A stretch of DNA of 64,000 nucleotides from Synechococcus sp. (GCA_047285805.1 JBJBCN010000002.1:288001-352000); one strand, 5' to 3'. Counted from the stretch's first letter, positions 48,123 through 62,356 are shown. The notes: generated by a model from the sequence alone, not told the origin. Translations and numbers: made by a program.

Positions 48123-49580
48123 ATGACTGTTGCTTCTGCGTCTCGGCCTCGGCCGAAGAGCCTGCAGGAAGCGAGTTTGCTCGAGGGACCGCAGCTCCTC
48201 CTCCGCAAGGTGCGAGGTCTTTCCTCCGGCCGCTCGTTGACCTGGCTGGCCTGTGTACCCCTGGCTCTCTTCGGTCTGGGTGTCTTCAACCTCTCAGCTC
48301 ACGCAACCGAGTTGCCAGAGCTCAATGCAGCCTTCTTGGCTAACAACATGTGGCTCTTGGTGGCCACGATCCTGGTGATCTTCATGAACGCCGGTTTCGC
48401 CATGGTCGAAGCCGGGATGTGCCGCCAGAAGAACGCCGTCAACATTCTTGCCAAGAACCTTTTCGTGTTCGCCCTTGCGGTGACCGCTTATTGGTTCATT
48501 GGTTACTCGCTGATGTACGGCGGCTCCGTCGCAGACGGCTGGTTCTATTTCAACGGACTGTTCTTTGACCCCACTGTCACCGCTGAGATGGTGACAGACG
48601 GAAGTCTGGTCCCCACAGTTGACTTCCTCTTCCAGGCCGCTTTCGCCGGCACCGCTGCCACAATTGTTTCCGGTCTGGTGGCTGAGCGCGTCAAGTTCGG
48701 CGAGTTTGTGATCTTCGCCCTCGTTCTGACCGCTTTCATCTACCCGGTCTCCGGTTCCTGGCAGTGGAATGGCGGCTGGCTGAGCGAGCTCGGCTTCATT
48801 GATTTCGCTGGCTCCTCCATCGTTCACTCTGTAGGCGCTTGGGCTGGTCTGGTGGGCGCCATGCTGCTTGGACCCCGTATTGGCAAGTTCGTGGGCGGCA
48901 AGCCCCAGGCCATCCCTGGCCACAACATGTCGATCGCAACCCTCGGCGCGCTGATCCTTTGGATCGGCTGGTACGGCTTCAACCCCGGCTCCGAGCTGGC
49001 GATGGACCAGTACGTGCCTTACGTGGCTGTGACCACCACCCTGGCTGCTGCTGGCGGTGCTATAGCGGCCACCATCGTTTCTACCGTGACTTCGGGTAAG
49101 CCTGACCTAACGATGATCATCAACGGCATCCTGGCCGGTCTCGTTAGCATCACCGCAGGTTGCGGCAACATGACCCTGGTGGGTTCCTGGGTCGCCGGTG
49201 CCGTTGGAGGCATCATCGTCGTCTTCGCCGTCTCCGCACTCGACGCCGCTGGCATCGATGATCCCGTTGGCGCCTTCTCCGTGCACGGCGTGTGCGGCGT
49301 CTGGGGCACCCTTGTGATTGGCCTCTGGGGCGTGGATGGCATGGATGTTGGCTCCGCCGGCATCGGCCTGCTCAACGGTGGCGGCATCAGCCAGCTGGGT
49401 ATTCAGGCTCTGGGCTGTGCGGCTTACGCCATCTGGACCATCTTCACCTGCTGGATTGCCTGGTCGGTAATCGGCGGTCTTTTCGGCGGCATCCGCGTCA
49501 CCGAGCAAGAAGAGATAGAAGGTCTCGACATCGGCGAGCACGGCATGGAGGCTTACCCCGATTTCGCTTCGGCGAAGTGA
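48123..49580 (+). CDS. amt1: ammonium transporter
   Basis: MNAGFAMVEAG, DFAGSSIVH, GWYGFNPGS, DDPVGAFSVHG. Confidence 0.97.
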   Translation: MTVASASRPRPKSLQEASLLEGPQLLLRKVRGLSSGRSLTWLACVPLALFGLGVFNLSAHATELPELNAAFLANNMWLLVATILVIFMNAGFAMVEAGMCRQKNAVNILAKNLFVFALAVTAYWFIGYSLMYGGSVADGWFYFNGLFFDPTVTAEMVTDGSLVPTVDFLFQAAFAGTAATIVSGLVAERVKFGEFVIFALVLTAFIYPVSGSWQWNGGWLSELGFIDFAGSSIVHSVGAWAGLVGAMLLGPRIGKFVGGKPQAIPGHNMSIATLGALILWIGWYGFNPGSELAMDQYVPYVAVTTTLAAAGGAIAATIVSTVTSGKPDLTMIINGILAGLVSITAGCGNMTLVGSWVAGAVGGIIVVFAVSALDAAGIDDPVGAFSVHGVCGVWGTLVIGLWGVDGMDVGSAGIGLLNGGGISQLGIQALGCAAYAIWTIFTCWIAWSVIGGLFGGIRVTEQEEIEGLDIGEHGMEAYPDFASAK

Positions 49581-49601
49581 TCCTCCGACCTGTTCTCCCT
49601 G

Positions 49602-49625
49602 GGCCCGCTTTGGCGGGCCTTTTTT
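49602..49625 (+). terminator. amt1 intrinsic terminator
   Basis: GGCCCGC-TTTG-GCGGGCC then T7. Confidence 0.9.
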
Positions 49626-49885
49626 GTGGGCTGGCTGAGCTGGCCTGTGAGCATGCAAGCCAAAGGCTGTCCAGCTTTTGCCCTGCACGCGCTGCGGTGC
49701 TCGCTTGATCACCAAAACCGAGCAGCAGCCTGTGCGCTTGGTTTGCGCGGAGTGCCAGCAGGTGTTCGTCCGTTTTGGAGCGTTACTCCACTGCTCGGCC
49801 TGGTGGTCGTTCCACTGCTGGTGATGAGACTTTCGCCGCGAATTGGGCGGGTCCCCCAGGCGCCCCGCACCCAATTTGGGCGCCA

Positions 49886-50314
49886 CTAGATGAAGTACAT
49901 CGCCTGAGCCTGCAGGAGTGCATCCCGTTGCGCGACGAGGTCTGCCAGGGTTGTGGACTCCAGCAGAGCTCGCCGCTGCTCCGCAAGCTGATTGTCGAGC
50001 GAGTGCACGACCTGTCGCTCCATGCTCGGCTGGTCCATTTGTTGCGCTTCGGATTTGCCCTCCAGGCAGTCGAGCACCTCGCTGAGCTGGATCGCTGCTG
50101 CCGGTCTGGCCAGTTGGTAGCCCCCCCTGGGGCCGCGGCTGCTGTTAAGTAGGCCCCTTTTGCGCAGGCTGGTCAGCATTTGCTCGAGGTAGCGCTCTGG
50201 GATGCCCTGGCGCTGGGCGATGACGGAGACCTGCAGCCGTCCCCCTTGGGCCTGGATGCCAGCGAGCTCAATCAGGGCCAGTAGTCCGTAGCTGGTTTTG
50301 GCGTTGAAGGACAA
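49886..50314 (-). CDS. Rrf2 family transcriptional regulator
   Basis: IPERYLEQ, SSRGPRGGYQLAR; lacks the Fe-S Cys triad. Confidence 0.92.
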   Translation of the reverse strand: MSFNAKTSYGLLALIELAGIQAQGGRLQVSVIAQRQGIPERYLEQMLTSLRKRGLLNSSRGPRGGYQLARPAAAIQLSEVLDCLEGKSEAQQMDQPSMERQVVHSLDNQLAEQRRALLESTTLADLVAQRDALLQAQAMYFI

Positions 50315-50458
50315 CGGCGGCGCTCGGTTTATTTTACGGTAAAGTACTTGGGAATTTCTGACGCTGAGTCGATAGTTGATGATTACGTTCTGATGTCCCT
50401 GTTCCGTCTAAGCCGTATTTCCCGACCTCATTGCCGAGTTTTCAGCCCTGTAGGCTGA

Positions 50459-52285
50459 ATGCCTCGACCGATCGCCCCCGTCTTGGCTGATCTTTTTGCT
50501 GCTGCCTTGCAGCCCGAAGCATTGATCACGCTGCTGGTGCTGATCGGCTCGGTTGTGCTGTTTGTTTCCGGTTGGCTGGCCCCGGATCTCACGGGTCTGC
50601 TGGCCGCCGGTTTGCTGGTCAGCTTTCACGTGATTGAGCCGCGGGAGGCCCTGGAGGGTTTTGGCAGCCCGGCCCTAATCACCCTGGCCGGCCTGTTTGC
50701 GATTTCCGCGGGACTGTTCCGCAGTGGTGGTTTGGATCGTCTTCGGGCCTTGATTGGCTCCGATGCGATTCGCAGCCCAAAGCGAATGATCGCCCTGATG
50801 GTGACGGTGGTGGGCCCCGTTTCTGCAGTGGTCCCCAACACCCCGATCGTGGCCAGCCTTCTGCCGGTGGTCGAGGGCTGGTGCAAGCGCCGCCGCATTC
50901 CCCCGTCGAAGGTGCTCCTCCCCTTGTCCTTCGCGACGGTGCTCGGGGGCACCATCACCCTGTTGGGCAGTTCGGTGAACTTGCTGGCAAGTGAGGTCAG
51001 CAGCCGTCTGGGTTACGGCAGTTTTGGCCTGTTTAGCTTTACCCCGATTGGCTTGGGGGTCTGGTTGCTGGGCGGCTCCGTGATGGTGCTGCTCGCCGAT
51101 CGTTTTCTGCCGGACCGGGGGCGTGATGACGATGACCTGATCGCCGATCTCTCCAGCAGTGGCTATTTGACCGAGGTCAAGATTCCCCTGGGCTCTGAGC
51201 TCATTGGTCAATCGCTCCATGCCACCCGCCTGCAACGGCGCTTTGACCTCGATGTCCTCGAGCTCCATCGCGGCAGGGAGCGCTTCATGCCGCCCCTGGC
51301 TGATCGCACGTTGATGCTGGGCGACCGGTTGCTACTGCGCTGCAACCGCGACGACCTGCTGCGGCTGCAGCAGGACCACACGGTGGTGTTGGCCCCCACG
51401 CCGGAGCAGCCGGTGAGCTTGGAAGACAACAGTCAGCGGATGGTGGAGGTGCTGTTGCCTTCGGGGTCCACCTTGGCTGGGGACTGCCTGCGAGATTTGC
51501 GCTTCAGGCAGCGTTACAACGCCACGGTTCTCGCCTTGCGCCGCGGCAATGCAGTTCTGCGGGAGCGGCTGGGCCGGGTTCAGCTGCGCGAGGGCGATGT
51601 CCTTCTGCTTCAGGGACCAAAAGACGCCATCCGTGGCCTTCAGGCCAGCAACGACCTGGTCGTCCTCGAGCAGCTGGAGAAGGATCTGCCGACGGTGAGC
51701 CGCAAGCGCTTGGCTCTGCTGATTGCGGCCCTGGTGCTGCTTCTGCCCAGTTTTGAGGTCATCCCTCTGGTCGCGTCCGTCCTGCTGGGCACGGTGGCGA
51801 TGGTGGTGACGGGTTGCCTGCGGGCCGGTGAATTGCAGCGGGTCGTGCGCCTAGATGTTCTAGTGCTCCTGGGCTCCTTGGCTAGCTTCAGCGTCGCCCT
51901 TGAGAAAACGGGTTTGGCTTCGGCCCTCGCCCAGGCGTTGTTGCTCGGCCTCAGTAACTGGCCTGTCTACGGCGCCATGGTGGTGGTCTTCCTCTTCACG
52001 GTGGCCCTGACGGAGGTGATGAGCAACGCCGCCACGGTGGCGATGTTGATTCCAGTCGCTGGTCAATTGGCCCAGGGGTTGGGTTTGCCGCCGATAGCCC
52101 TGATCTACATCGTGCTGTTCGGCGCCAGCCAGAGCTTTCTGAGCCCCGTCGGCTATCAAACCAATCTGATGGTCTACGGCCCGGGTCGCTATCACTTCTT
52201 GGACGTCTCCCGCTACGGCTTCCCCTTAACCATTGCCATGGCCATCGCTGTGCCCTGGATGGTCTGCCGTTGGTTCGGCCTGTAG
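50459..52285 (+). CDS. SLC13/CitMHS permease with TrkA-C domains
   Basis: VPNTP, LLGSSVNL, MSNAA, PVGYQTN. Confidence 0.92.
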   Translation: MPRPIAPVLADLFAAALQPEALITLLVLIGSVVLFVSGWLAPDLTGLLAAGLLVSFHVIEPREALEGFGSPALITLAGLFAISAGLFRSGGLDRLRALIGSDAIRSPKRMIALMVTVVGPVSAVVPNTPIVASLLPVVEGWCKRRRIPPSKVLLPLSFATVLGGTITLLGSSVNLLASEVSSRLGYGSFGLFSFTPIGLGVWLLGGSVMVLLADRFLPDRGRDDDDLIADLSSSGYLTEVKIPLGSELIGQSLHATRLQRRFDLDVLELHRGRERFMPPLADRTLMLGDRLLLRCNRDDLLRLQQDHTVVLAPTPEQPVSLEDNSQRMVEVLLPSGSTLAGDCLRDLRFRQRYNATVLALRRGNAVLRERLGRVQLREGDVLLLQGPKDAIRGLQASNDLVVLEQLEKDLPTVSRKRLALLIAALVLLLPSFEVIPLVASVLLGTVAMVVTGCLRAGELQRVVRLDVLVLLGSLASFSVALEKTGLASALAQALLLGLSNWPVYGAMVVVFLFTVALTEVMSNAATVAMLIPVAGQLAQGLGLPPIALIYIVLFGASQSFLSPVGYQTNLMVYGPGRYHFLDVSRYGFPLTIAMAIAVPWMVCRWFGL

Positions 52286-52317
52286 AACGTGGGTCTCCAG
52301 TGACGGAACACCCTTCG

Positions 52318-52779
52318 ATGAGCGGGCCTAAGGCTTGGCTGAGGCGCTTGCGTCAGTGGCTGCTTTGGCTGTGGCACCACGAGGCCTCGGTCGGTCAGAA
52401 GGCCCGCGGATTAGCCGCCGGCGTGTTCATGGGGTGTTTCCCCATCTTTGGCTTGCAGACCCTGCTGGGGATTGCACTGGCCAGCTTGGTGCGCGGTAAC
52501 CACATCCTGGCTGCGGCGGGCACTTGGATCAGCAATCCCCTGACCTATATCCCTCTTTACTGGCTCAACTACGCCGTGGGCTGCAGGGTGCTGGGCCCGG
52601 GTCCCGCCTTGCCCTCTCTCGAAGCGCTTCAGCAGGGTGGACTCTTGGAGCTGGGACTGGCGATGAGTTCTCGCCTGTTGCTCGGATCCATCTTGGTGGG
52701 ATTGGCCAGTGCGGGGCTGTTTGGTGGTCTCTATTGGTGGCTGCTCAAGCGCAGTAAGGGCGCCAGCGCTCACACTTAA
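52318..52779 (+). CDS. DUF2062 membrane protein
   Basis: ARGLAAGVF, TWISNPLT. Confidence 0.88.
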   Translation: MSGPKAWLRRLRQWLLWLWHHEASVGQKARGLAAGVFMGCFPIFGLQTLLGIALASLVRGNHILAAAGTWISNPLTYIPLYWLNYAVGCRVLGPGPALPSLEALQQGGLLELGLAMSSRLLLGSILVGLASAGLFGGLYWWLLKRSKGASAHT

Positions 52780-53771
52780 TTCTCGCTGGGCAGCCGCTTC
52801 CAGCCGGCCAGCACGCCCAGGATGTCGGCAGCACTGACTAGGCCGACGAAAGCCCCGAATTCATCCACGACGACGCGGACGGAGCTGCGGTCGCCTCGTC
52901 GGAAGCTGGTCAGGAGTCGATCGGCGCGAATCATCTCAGGTACGAACTGCGGCGCATCGCAGAGCTGGCTGATTAGGCGGTAGCCGCCGCCGCTGAGCAG
53001 TTCAGCCATGGCCCGCTCGCGGCTTAGGACCCCGAGGACCTCATCCACCTCTTCTCCAAGGACCACCCACCAGGCATCATCGGGGGCTTCCAGGATCTCC
53101 TGGCGCACCGAGTCCAGGCTGGCGCTGCCGGAGAGGGAGGGGGTGGCGACCCGCGAGACCATTAGGTCCCTGGCGGTGAGGTCGTTGAGGGCAAAGACCT
53201 TGCCGATCATTGCAGCTTCGTCGGCTTCGATTTGACCCTGTTGCGAGCCCAGGCGAGCCATCAAGTGGATCTCACGTTCGTTGGTCGTGAGTTCGTTCTT
53301 GGCGGTGATGGCCGGCATCAGCTTCTCGAGAACCAGCAGTAGGGGCAAGGTCAGGCGCTCGAGCATCAGCAGGATGCGCGCCGAGACCAAGGAGATGGGC
53401 ATGGCGAAGCTGTTGCCAATCGTCTTCGGCAGGATTTCAGCGAAGAGGATCACGGCCACCGTGAATCCCACGTTGAAGAGCAGCAGCGCCCAGCGGCCCC
53501 CAACGTTCTCGAAGACCTGGTTGGCCTGACTGCCCAGCAGGATGGAGCCGGAGATGTTGAAGAGGTTGTTGATCACCACGAGCAGCACCAGGGCTCGTCC
53601 CGGTCTGGCCTTAATCCGCTCCAGCGCCTTCGATCCGGCCACCCGCTGTTGCTTGAGGGTGTGGACCTGAATCGGATTCGCCGTCAACATGGCGGCTTCC
53701 GCACTGGAGGCCAACGCCGAGCCCATCAGGATCAGCACTGCCATCACCAGCAGCACAACGATCGGATTCAT
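52776..53771 (-). CDS. CNNM (DUF21)/CBS domain protein
   Basis: SSAEAA, FAEILPK, VVDEFG. Confidence 0.9.
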   Translation of the reverse strand: MNPIVVLLVMAVLILMGSALASSAEAAMLTANPIQVHTLKQQRVAGSKALERIKARPGRALVLLVVINNLFNISGSILLGSQANQVFENVGGRWALLLFNVGFTVAVILFAEILPKTIGNSFAMPISLVSARILLMLERLTLPLLLVLEKLMPAITAKNELTTNEREIHLMARLGSQQGQIEADEAAMIGKVFALNDLTARDLMVSRVATPSLSGSASLDSVRQEILEAPDDAWWVVLGEEVDEVLGVLSRERAMAELLSGGGYRLISQLCDAPQFVPEMIRADRLLTSFRRGDRSSVRVVVDEFGAFVGLVSAADILGVLAGWKRLPSEN

Positions 53772-53821
53772 GGACTGGTGGACGCTGCGAGATCGATCGG
53801 ACCTTACCTACGGTTTGCGGG

Positions 53822-55225
53822 ATGAACCCGTCTTCGAGCAATCCAGTTAGGGCGCTGCAGCGTTGGCGTCAGCAGCTCACGGTGCCGCAGTTCACCGTGG
53901 TGACGGGTCTGTTGGTCATCGTTCTGGCGACGCTGCTCCTCTCGACACCGCTCTGCTCGACCAGCAACGTTGGCCTCTGGCAAGCCTTGTTCACGGCCAC
54001 CTCGGCAATCACCGTGACGGGACTCACGGTGATTGATATCGGCGAAGACCTGACCTTCGCCGGGCAGGTGGTGCTGGCCGGTCTGATCGTCACCGGTGGC
54101 CTCGGCTTGATGGCGATTACGACCTTTCTGCAGGGCTTCGTTCAGGGGCGATCTGGTTTGCGGCATCGCCTCGACAAGGGGCGTTCCCTCGATGAGTTTG
54201 GCGTCGGTGGCATTGGACCCACCTTCCACAGCATCCTGCTGGTGGCCCTCTGTGTGATGGGCCTGGGCACGGTGGTGCTCTATAGCTTTGGCTTCAGCGA
54301 CATCGATGACCCCGGCCGCCGGCTGTGGGCCTCGATGTTCCATGCGATCAGCGCATACAACAACGCTGGCTTTGGCCTCTGGTCCAACAGCCTGGAGAAC
54401 TATCGCGATAACTCGGTGGTGACCGGTGTGATCGCTTTGATGATCGTCGTTGGCGGTATCGGCTGGCGGGTGGCCAATGACATCTGGAATAACCGCTTTC
54501 GCTTGGGGCGCCTTCGCCGCCTGAGCCTGCACACCCGACTGGTCATCCGCAGCACTGCCCTGCTCATCGCCATTGGCGCGGCCGGTCTGCTCATCACCGA
54601 GCATTTCGGCTACGGCGCCTCGGCGATGGAGCCCTACAGCTTTTTGCAGCGCCTGCAGATTGTCCTCTTCCAGTCCATCACTACCCGGACCGCTGGCTTC
54701 AACACCATTCCTCTCTCGGCTCACCAGATCACGGATGCCGGCCTGCTGTTGATCATCGTCTTGATGTTCATCGGTGCCAGTCCGGGCGGAACTGGCGGCG
54801 GGGTCAAGACGACGACCTTCGCGATCTTGATGGGGGCGACCCGCTCGACCCTGCAGGGCCGCAGCGATGTCCTCTTGCATCGCCGTCAGATTCCCGATAC
54901 GACGGTTTTGCGTGCCGTTGGGGTCACCTTGGCTTCGGCCTTGTTTGTGGTGTTGATGGCCCTGAGCTTGGGGCTGGGCAATTCCCTGGGACAGCAGCAG
55001 GTCCAGTCCTTCAGTTTCCTGGAGAAGCTCTTCACCTGTGTGTCCGCCTTCGGCACGGTCGGCCTCGATCTGGGGGTGACGGCCCACCTAAACCGCTGGG
55101 GCCAGTTGGTGTTGATGGTTGGGATGTTTGTGGGGCGGGTCGGAATCCTGTTGTTGCTCTCGGCGCTCTACGGCCACCGGCACCAAAATCGCGTCGGCTA
55201 TCCCAAAGAAGATTTGTATGTCTAG
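53822..55225 (+). CDS. ktrB: Trk/Ktr K+ uptake membrane subunit
   Basis: TVTGL, NNAGF, RTAGF, GTVGL pore loops. Confidence 0.92.
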   Translation: MNPSSSNPVRALQRWRQQLTVPQFTVVTGLLVIVLATLLLSTPLCSTSNVGLWQALFTATSAITVTGLTVIDIGEDLTFAGQVVLAGLIVTGGLGLMAITTFLQGFVQGRSGLRHRLDKGRSLDEFGVGGIGPTFHSILLVALCVMGLGTVVLYSFGFSDIDDPGRRLWASMFHAISAYNNAGFGLWSNSLENYRDNSVVTGVIALMIVVGGIGWRVANDIWNNRFRLGRLRRLSLHTRLVIRSTALLIAIGAAGLLITEHFGYGASAMEPYSFLQRLQIVLFQSITTRTAGFNTIPLSAHQITDAGLLLIIVLMFIGASPGGTGGGVKTTTFAILMGATRSTLQGRSDVLLHRRQIPDTTVLRAVGVTLASALFVVLMALSLGLGNSLGQQQVQSFSFLEKLFTCVSAFGTVGLDLGVTAHLNRWGQLVLMVGMFVGRVGILLLLSALYGHRHQNRVGYPKEDLYV

Positions 55226-55270
55226 TGGGTTCACCACTTAGAACAGGGGCGTCGAGCTGAATCAGTTGCT

Positions 55271-55975
55271 GTGAATCAGTGGTGGCAGTGGAGCGCTGAA
55301 TCCGGGGTCCGCCGCGGCAGCTTTGCCGTGATCGGGGTCGGACGTTTCGGCTCTTCGGTCTGCTCGGAATTGCTGCAGTCCGGCGCTGGAGTGTTGGCGA
55401 TTGATTCCAGCCAGCGCGCCATCGACGAACTGCGTCAGATCGATCCCGCGATCGAAGCGCGGGTTGTGGATTGCACCGATGAAGAGGCCCTGCGGGCCGC
55501 CGGGGTGCTTGACATGGAGACCGTGGTGGTCGCCATGAGTGAACCGCTGGAGGCCAGCGTCACCGCGACCTTGATCTGCAAAGACTCCGAAGGCAGCCGC
55601 GTTAAGCAGGTGATCGCCCGGGCCACGAGCGACATCCACATGAAGATGTTGAAGCGGGTCGGTGCAGACCGCGTCGTCTTCCCTTCAAAAATGATGGGTC
55701 AGCGCCTGGGAATGGAGCTGGTTCGGCCGAACTTGCTGGAGCAATTGCGGTTGGATGACCGCAGCAGCATTGAAGAGATCAAGGTTCCCGAGGCTTTTGT
55801 GGGCCATTCCTTGCGGGATCTCAACCTGCGCAAGCACTACAACGTCAATGTGCTGGCGGCTGGTCCGGCGGGGGAGCTGCATGTGAACCCTCCGGCGTCC
55901 CACGTGTTGGCGGCGGGGGAGCTGCTGGTGGTGATGGGCTCTGAAGATTCCTTGAGAGCACTGCCGGCCAGTTGA
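55271..55975 (+). CDS. ktrA: Trk/Ktr K+ uptake NAD-binding subunit
   Basis: VIGVGRFG Rossmann motif plus RCK-C domain. Confidence 0.92.
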   Translation: MNQWWQWSAESGVRRGSFAVIGVGRFGSSVCSELLQSGAGVLAIDSSQRAIDELRQIDPAIEARVVDCTDEEALRAAGVLDMETVVVAMSEPLEASVTATLICKDSEGSRVKQVIARATSDIHMKMLKRVGADRVVFPSKMMGQRLGMELVRPNLLEQLRLDDRSSIEEIKVPEAFVGHSLRDLNLRKHYNVNVLAAGPAGELHVNPPASHVLAAGELLVVMGSEDSLRALPAS

Positions 55976-56059
55976 TGGCCCGCATTTGTGCGCTTTCCCT
56001 CACGCCATAAGTGACGGCTTGTGGCCAAAACGGTTCCGCTCCCCAGTAACCGGCGCTAG

Positions 56060-57364
<1,305 letters not shown>

Positions 57365-57374
57365 TTCGCCACCC

Positions 57375-58958
57375 ATGGAACTCACGCTCTGGACCTACGA
57401 AGGCCCCCCGCACGTCGGGGCCATGCGCATTGCCGCCTCCATGGAGGGGGTGCACTACGTCCTCCATGCCCCGCAGGGGGACACCTACGCCGATTTGTTG
57501 TTTACGATGATCGAGCGACGGGATCGCCGTCCTCCCGTCACCTACACGACCTTCCAGGCCCGGGACCTCGGAGGTGACACGGCGGAGTTGGTAAAGCGCT
57601 CCATTGCCGATGCGGTCGAACGGTTTCAACCCGAGGCCCTGCTGGTGGGTGAGAGCTGCACGGCGGAGTTAATTCAGGACCAACCCGGCGCCCTGGCGGC
57701 TGGCATGGATCTCGGCGGGATTCCGATGGTCAATCTGGAGTTGCCGGCCTATTCGAAAAAGGAGAACTGGGGGGCTGCTGAGACCTTCTACCAACTGGTC
57801 CGCAACCTGCTCAAGCCCCAGTTGCCCGCCCCTGGTGCTCCCAAGCTGGACCCCACCCGCTGGCGCTCCGAGAACCGTCGTCCCCGGGTTAATTTGCTCG
57901 GCCCCTCGCTCTTGGGGTTCCGCTGCCGCGATGACGTGCGGGAGCTAACTCAGCTCTTGGCTGGCTATGGCATCGACGTGGCGGTCGTCGCTCCTCTAGG
58001 GGCCCGGCCGGCAGATCTGCTGCGCATCCCGACGGCCGATGCCAACTTGAACCTCTACCCCGAGGTGTCCGGGTCGGTTTGCAGTTGGCTCGAGCGCCAG
58101 TTCGGCCTGCCGACGGTCAAAACCGTTCCGATCGGCATCGGTGCCACGGTGGAGTTCCTGCGCGAGCTGCATGATGTTTTGGGCCTGGAGCGGCCTGCGG
58201 AGCTGCAGGCTGAGCACCAGTCCCGCTTGCCCTGGTATTCCCGCTCCGTCGATTCCACCTATCTGACTGGGAAACGGGTGTTTGTCTTTGCCGATGGCAC
58301 CCATGCCATCGCAGCTGCCCGGATTGCCAGCCGCGAGCTTGGCTTTGAGGTGGTCGGTCTGGGGACCTACAGCCGGGAGATGGCCAGGGAGGTCAGGGCG
58401 CTGGCGGTTGAGTTGGGGCTGGAGGCCTTGATCACCGATGACTACCTCGCCGTTGAGGCGGCTATGGCCGAGGCCGCACCGGAGTTGGTGCTGGGAACCC
58501 AAATGGAGCGGCACAGCGCCAAGCGCCTCGGGGTCCCCTGCGCGGTCATTAGCGCCCCGCTGCATGTGCAGGATGTGCCGGCCCGCTACGCCCCGCAGAT
58601 GGGTTGGGAGGGGGCCAACGTGATCTTCGACAGTTGGGTTCACCCCCTGATGATGGGGCTGGAGGAACACCTCATCGGGATGTTCCGCCATGACTTTGAG
58701 TTTGTCGACGGCCATCGCAGTCACCTGGGGGATGGTGCTCCCGCTGCACCGCCGGTTGAAGAGACCGCTGCGGTGGCGGTTTCCGTTGCTGGGGTCAGCC
58801 TGAGTTGGAGTTCCGATGGAGAGGCGGAACTGGCGAAGATCCCCTTCTTCGTTCGCGGCAAGGTTCGCAAAAACACCGAGGCCTATGCCCGGGAACAGGG
58901 GCTAGCTGTGATCGACAGCGAAGCCTTGTATGAAGCGAAGGCCCATTACAGCCGCTGA
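57375..58958 (+). CDS. chlB: dark-operative protochlorophyllide reductase subunit B
   Basis: [17 protein letters not shown]-terminal KIPFFVRGK. Confidence 0.97.
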   Translation: MELTLWTYEGPPHVGAMRIAASMEGVHYVLHAPQGDTYADLLFTMIERRDRRPPVTYTTFQARDLGGDTAELVKRSIADAVERFQPEALLVGESCTAELIQDQPGALAAGMDLGGIPMVNLELPAYSKKENWGAAETFYQLVRNLLKPQLPAPGAPKLDPTRWRSENRRPRVNLLGPSLLGFRCRDDVRELTQLLAGYGIDVAVVAPLGARPADLLRIPTADANLNLYPEVSGSVCSWLERQFGLPTVKTVPIGIGATVEFLRELHDVLGLERPAELQAEHQSRLPWYSRSVDSTYLTGKRVFVFADGTHAIAAARIASRELGFEVVGLGTYSREMAREVRALAVELGLEALITDDYLAVEAAMAEAAPELVLGTQMERHSAKRLGVPCAVISAPLHVQDVPARYAPQMGWEGANVIFDSWVHPLMMGLEEHLIGMFRHDFEFVDGHRSHLGDGAPAAPPVEETAAVAVSVAGVSLSWSSDGEAELAKIPFFVRGKVRKNTEAYAREQGLAVIDSEALYEAKAHYSR

Positions 58959-59124
58959 TCGTTGCGCTGACCTGAGTATTGCTACCTAAAAATCTGTGTT
59001 GTAATCCGCATTTTTTGCCTAACTGTTTCGCTTTGCGTGTGCCTAGAGGTCAACTGGCCATTGCCGGTCTTGTATAGAGGCAGAGCATGAAAACCAGGGT
59101 TTCTGTGTTCCTGGTTTTTCCTGA

Positions 59125-60012
<888 letters not shown>

Positions 60013-60025
60013 GGGCGGGTCTCAG

Positions 60026-60295
60026 CTACAGGCGCACCTTCGTCACCTCTGCCTTGAGGCTTCCGCCGCGGGTTCCCACATCGATGGGGCCCGCGTGAAG
60101 ATCTCCACTCGAAGGCCAAAGCGGGCAACGCTCCACAGCCCTTGGGCCTGGATCGCGGCGCCGGCTACCGCGGCGAGGGGCGAGAGCAGCGGCTGCAGCC
60201 GGTCCGCTCTTTGGCCGTTCAGCAGCAGGGCTGCGGCGATCCCCCCCACCGAAGCCGACCAGCAGCTGCAGGCAGGATTGGGCGGTGCGGTTCAA
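60026..60295 (-). pseudogene. small membrane protein gene with apparent compensating frameshifts
   Basis: The hydrophobic reading needs one G fewer in the G7 run (60241-60247) and a second shift near 60100. Confidence 0.4.
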
Positions 60296-60759
60296 GAGCT
60301 CAGGCTCGTGCAGGCTTCCAGTAGGAGGGTCTCGGCTGGGGTGCCGCCGCTGGGAACGCGCCAGTCGCCCCAGTTGGATCCGGCCCGCTTGCGTTTGATG
60401 GTCATGTCCCTGCAGTTCACCGCCAGGGCCCGATCGGGAATGCTGCCCTTGGGATCGCTGTCGGGGGTGGAGGGCCAACTGAGCCCGCCAATCGACGTGG
60501 GTCGTGTCACTGCGTGCCGCCAGGGGGCGATCCAGACGTAGTGGTGGGTGTCAAACGGCTTCCAGCTCTTCCAATCCACTTCCACGTCCCCGAAACGACG
60601 CCAGCGCGCGTGCTCTTCCTGTTGCCGCTCTCGCAGCCGCTCCAGCAGGATCTGTTGTTCGGTTGCGCTTGCAGTATTCGCCAGCGCACTAAGAGTGCCT
60701 GTGCTCAGCAGTAGCAAGCCCCCTTTGAGCAAGGCAAAAAGGCGAGCACGGCGCGTCAT
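60292..60759 (-). CDS. secreted hypothetical protein
   Basis: Signal peptide; WRRFGDVEVDWKSW, LAVNC motifs. Confidence 0.7.
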   Translation of the reverse strand: MTRRARLFALLKGGLLLLSTGTLSALANTASATEQQILLERLRERQQEEHARWRRFGDVEVDWKSWKPFDTHHYVWIAPWRHAVTRPTSIGGLSWPSTPDSDPKGSIPDRALAVNCRDMTIKRKRAGSNWGDWRVPSGGTPAETLLLEACTSLSS

Positions 60760-61225
60760 GGCAGTTTGGGCAGCGGCAGGGGCGAGATCGACTTCAGGGC
60801 GTCCTTGATCGAGACGGTGACATTGCCGCCGATCTGGTTCACTCCCACCTCGCCACTCACCAGCAGCGGTTCCTCGCTGACGATCTCCACCGCTTCGACG
60901 ATCTTCTCAACGGCCACAGGCTTCTGGATCCGTGTCACACATACCGGCAGGGACTCATTGGCTCTGAAGGCAACGGGCAGGGAGCCATTGGCCTGGTCTT
61001 GCACCGGGCTCACGATCTTCTCGACCTGGATAGGCCCCTTCAGGACCATCGGAAAGGGAATCGGCCGCTTCACGGCGATCGGAATGGGTTGCCCCCAGAT
61101 CTGGATGGCTGACAGGGCTGTTGACCAGGTCGTGAGGACAATCGCCGGGGCCAGCGACTGGCCATGGCCAGCAGGAACCAGCGGGGCTGGACCTCCTGGT
61201 TCAGTGGATTCACCGGCCTGCCCAT
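60756..61225 (-). pseudogene. Val/Pro-rich repeat protein, N-terminus apparently frameshifted
   Basis: Frame of 60756-61073 extends upstream through a TM-like segment with no start codon; VEKIV repeats. Confidence 0.45.
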
Positions 61226-61303
61226 CGGCAACCCTGCAAGGCTTGCCTCAGGCAAACATCACCGATGAAGGGTTGTCATCCCTACTGAGGACTAGACGTT
61301 CGC

Positions 61304-62356
<1,053 letters not shown>

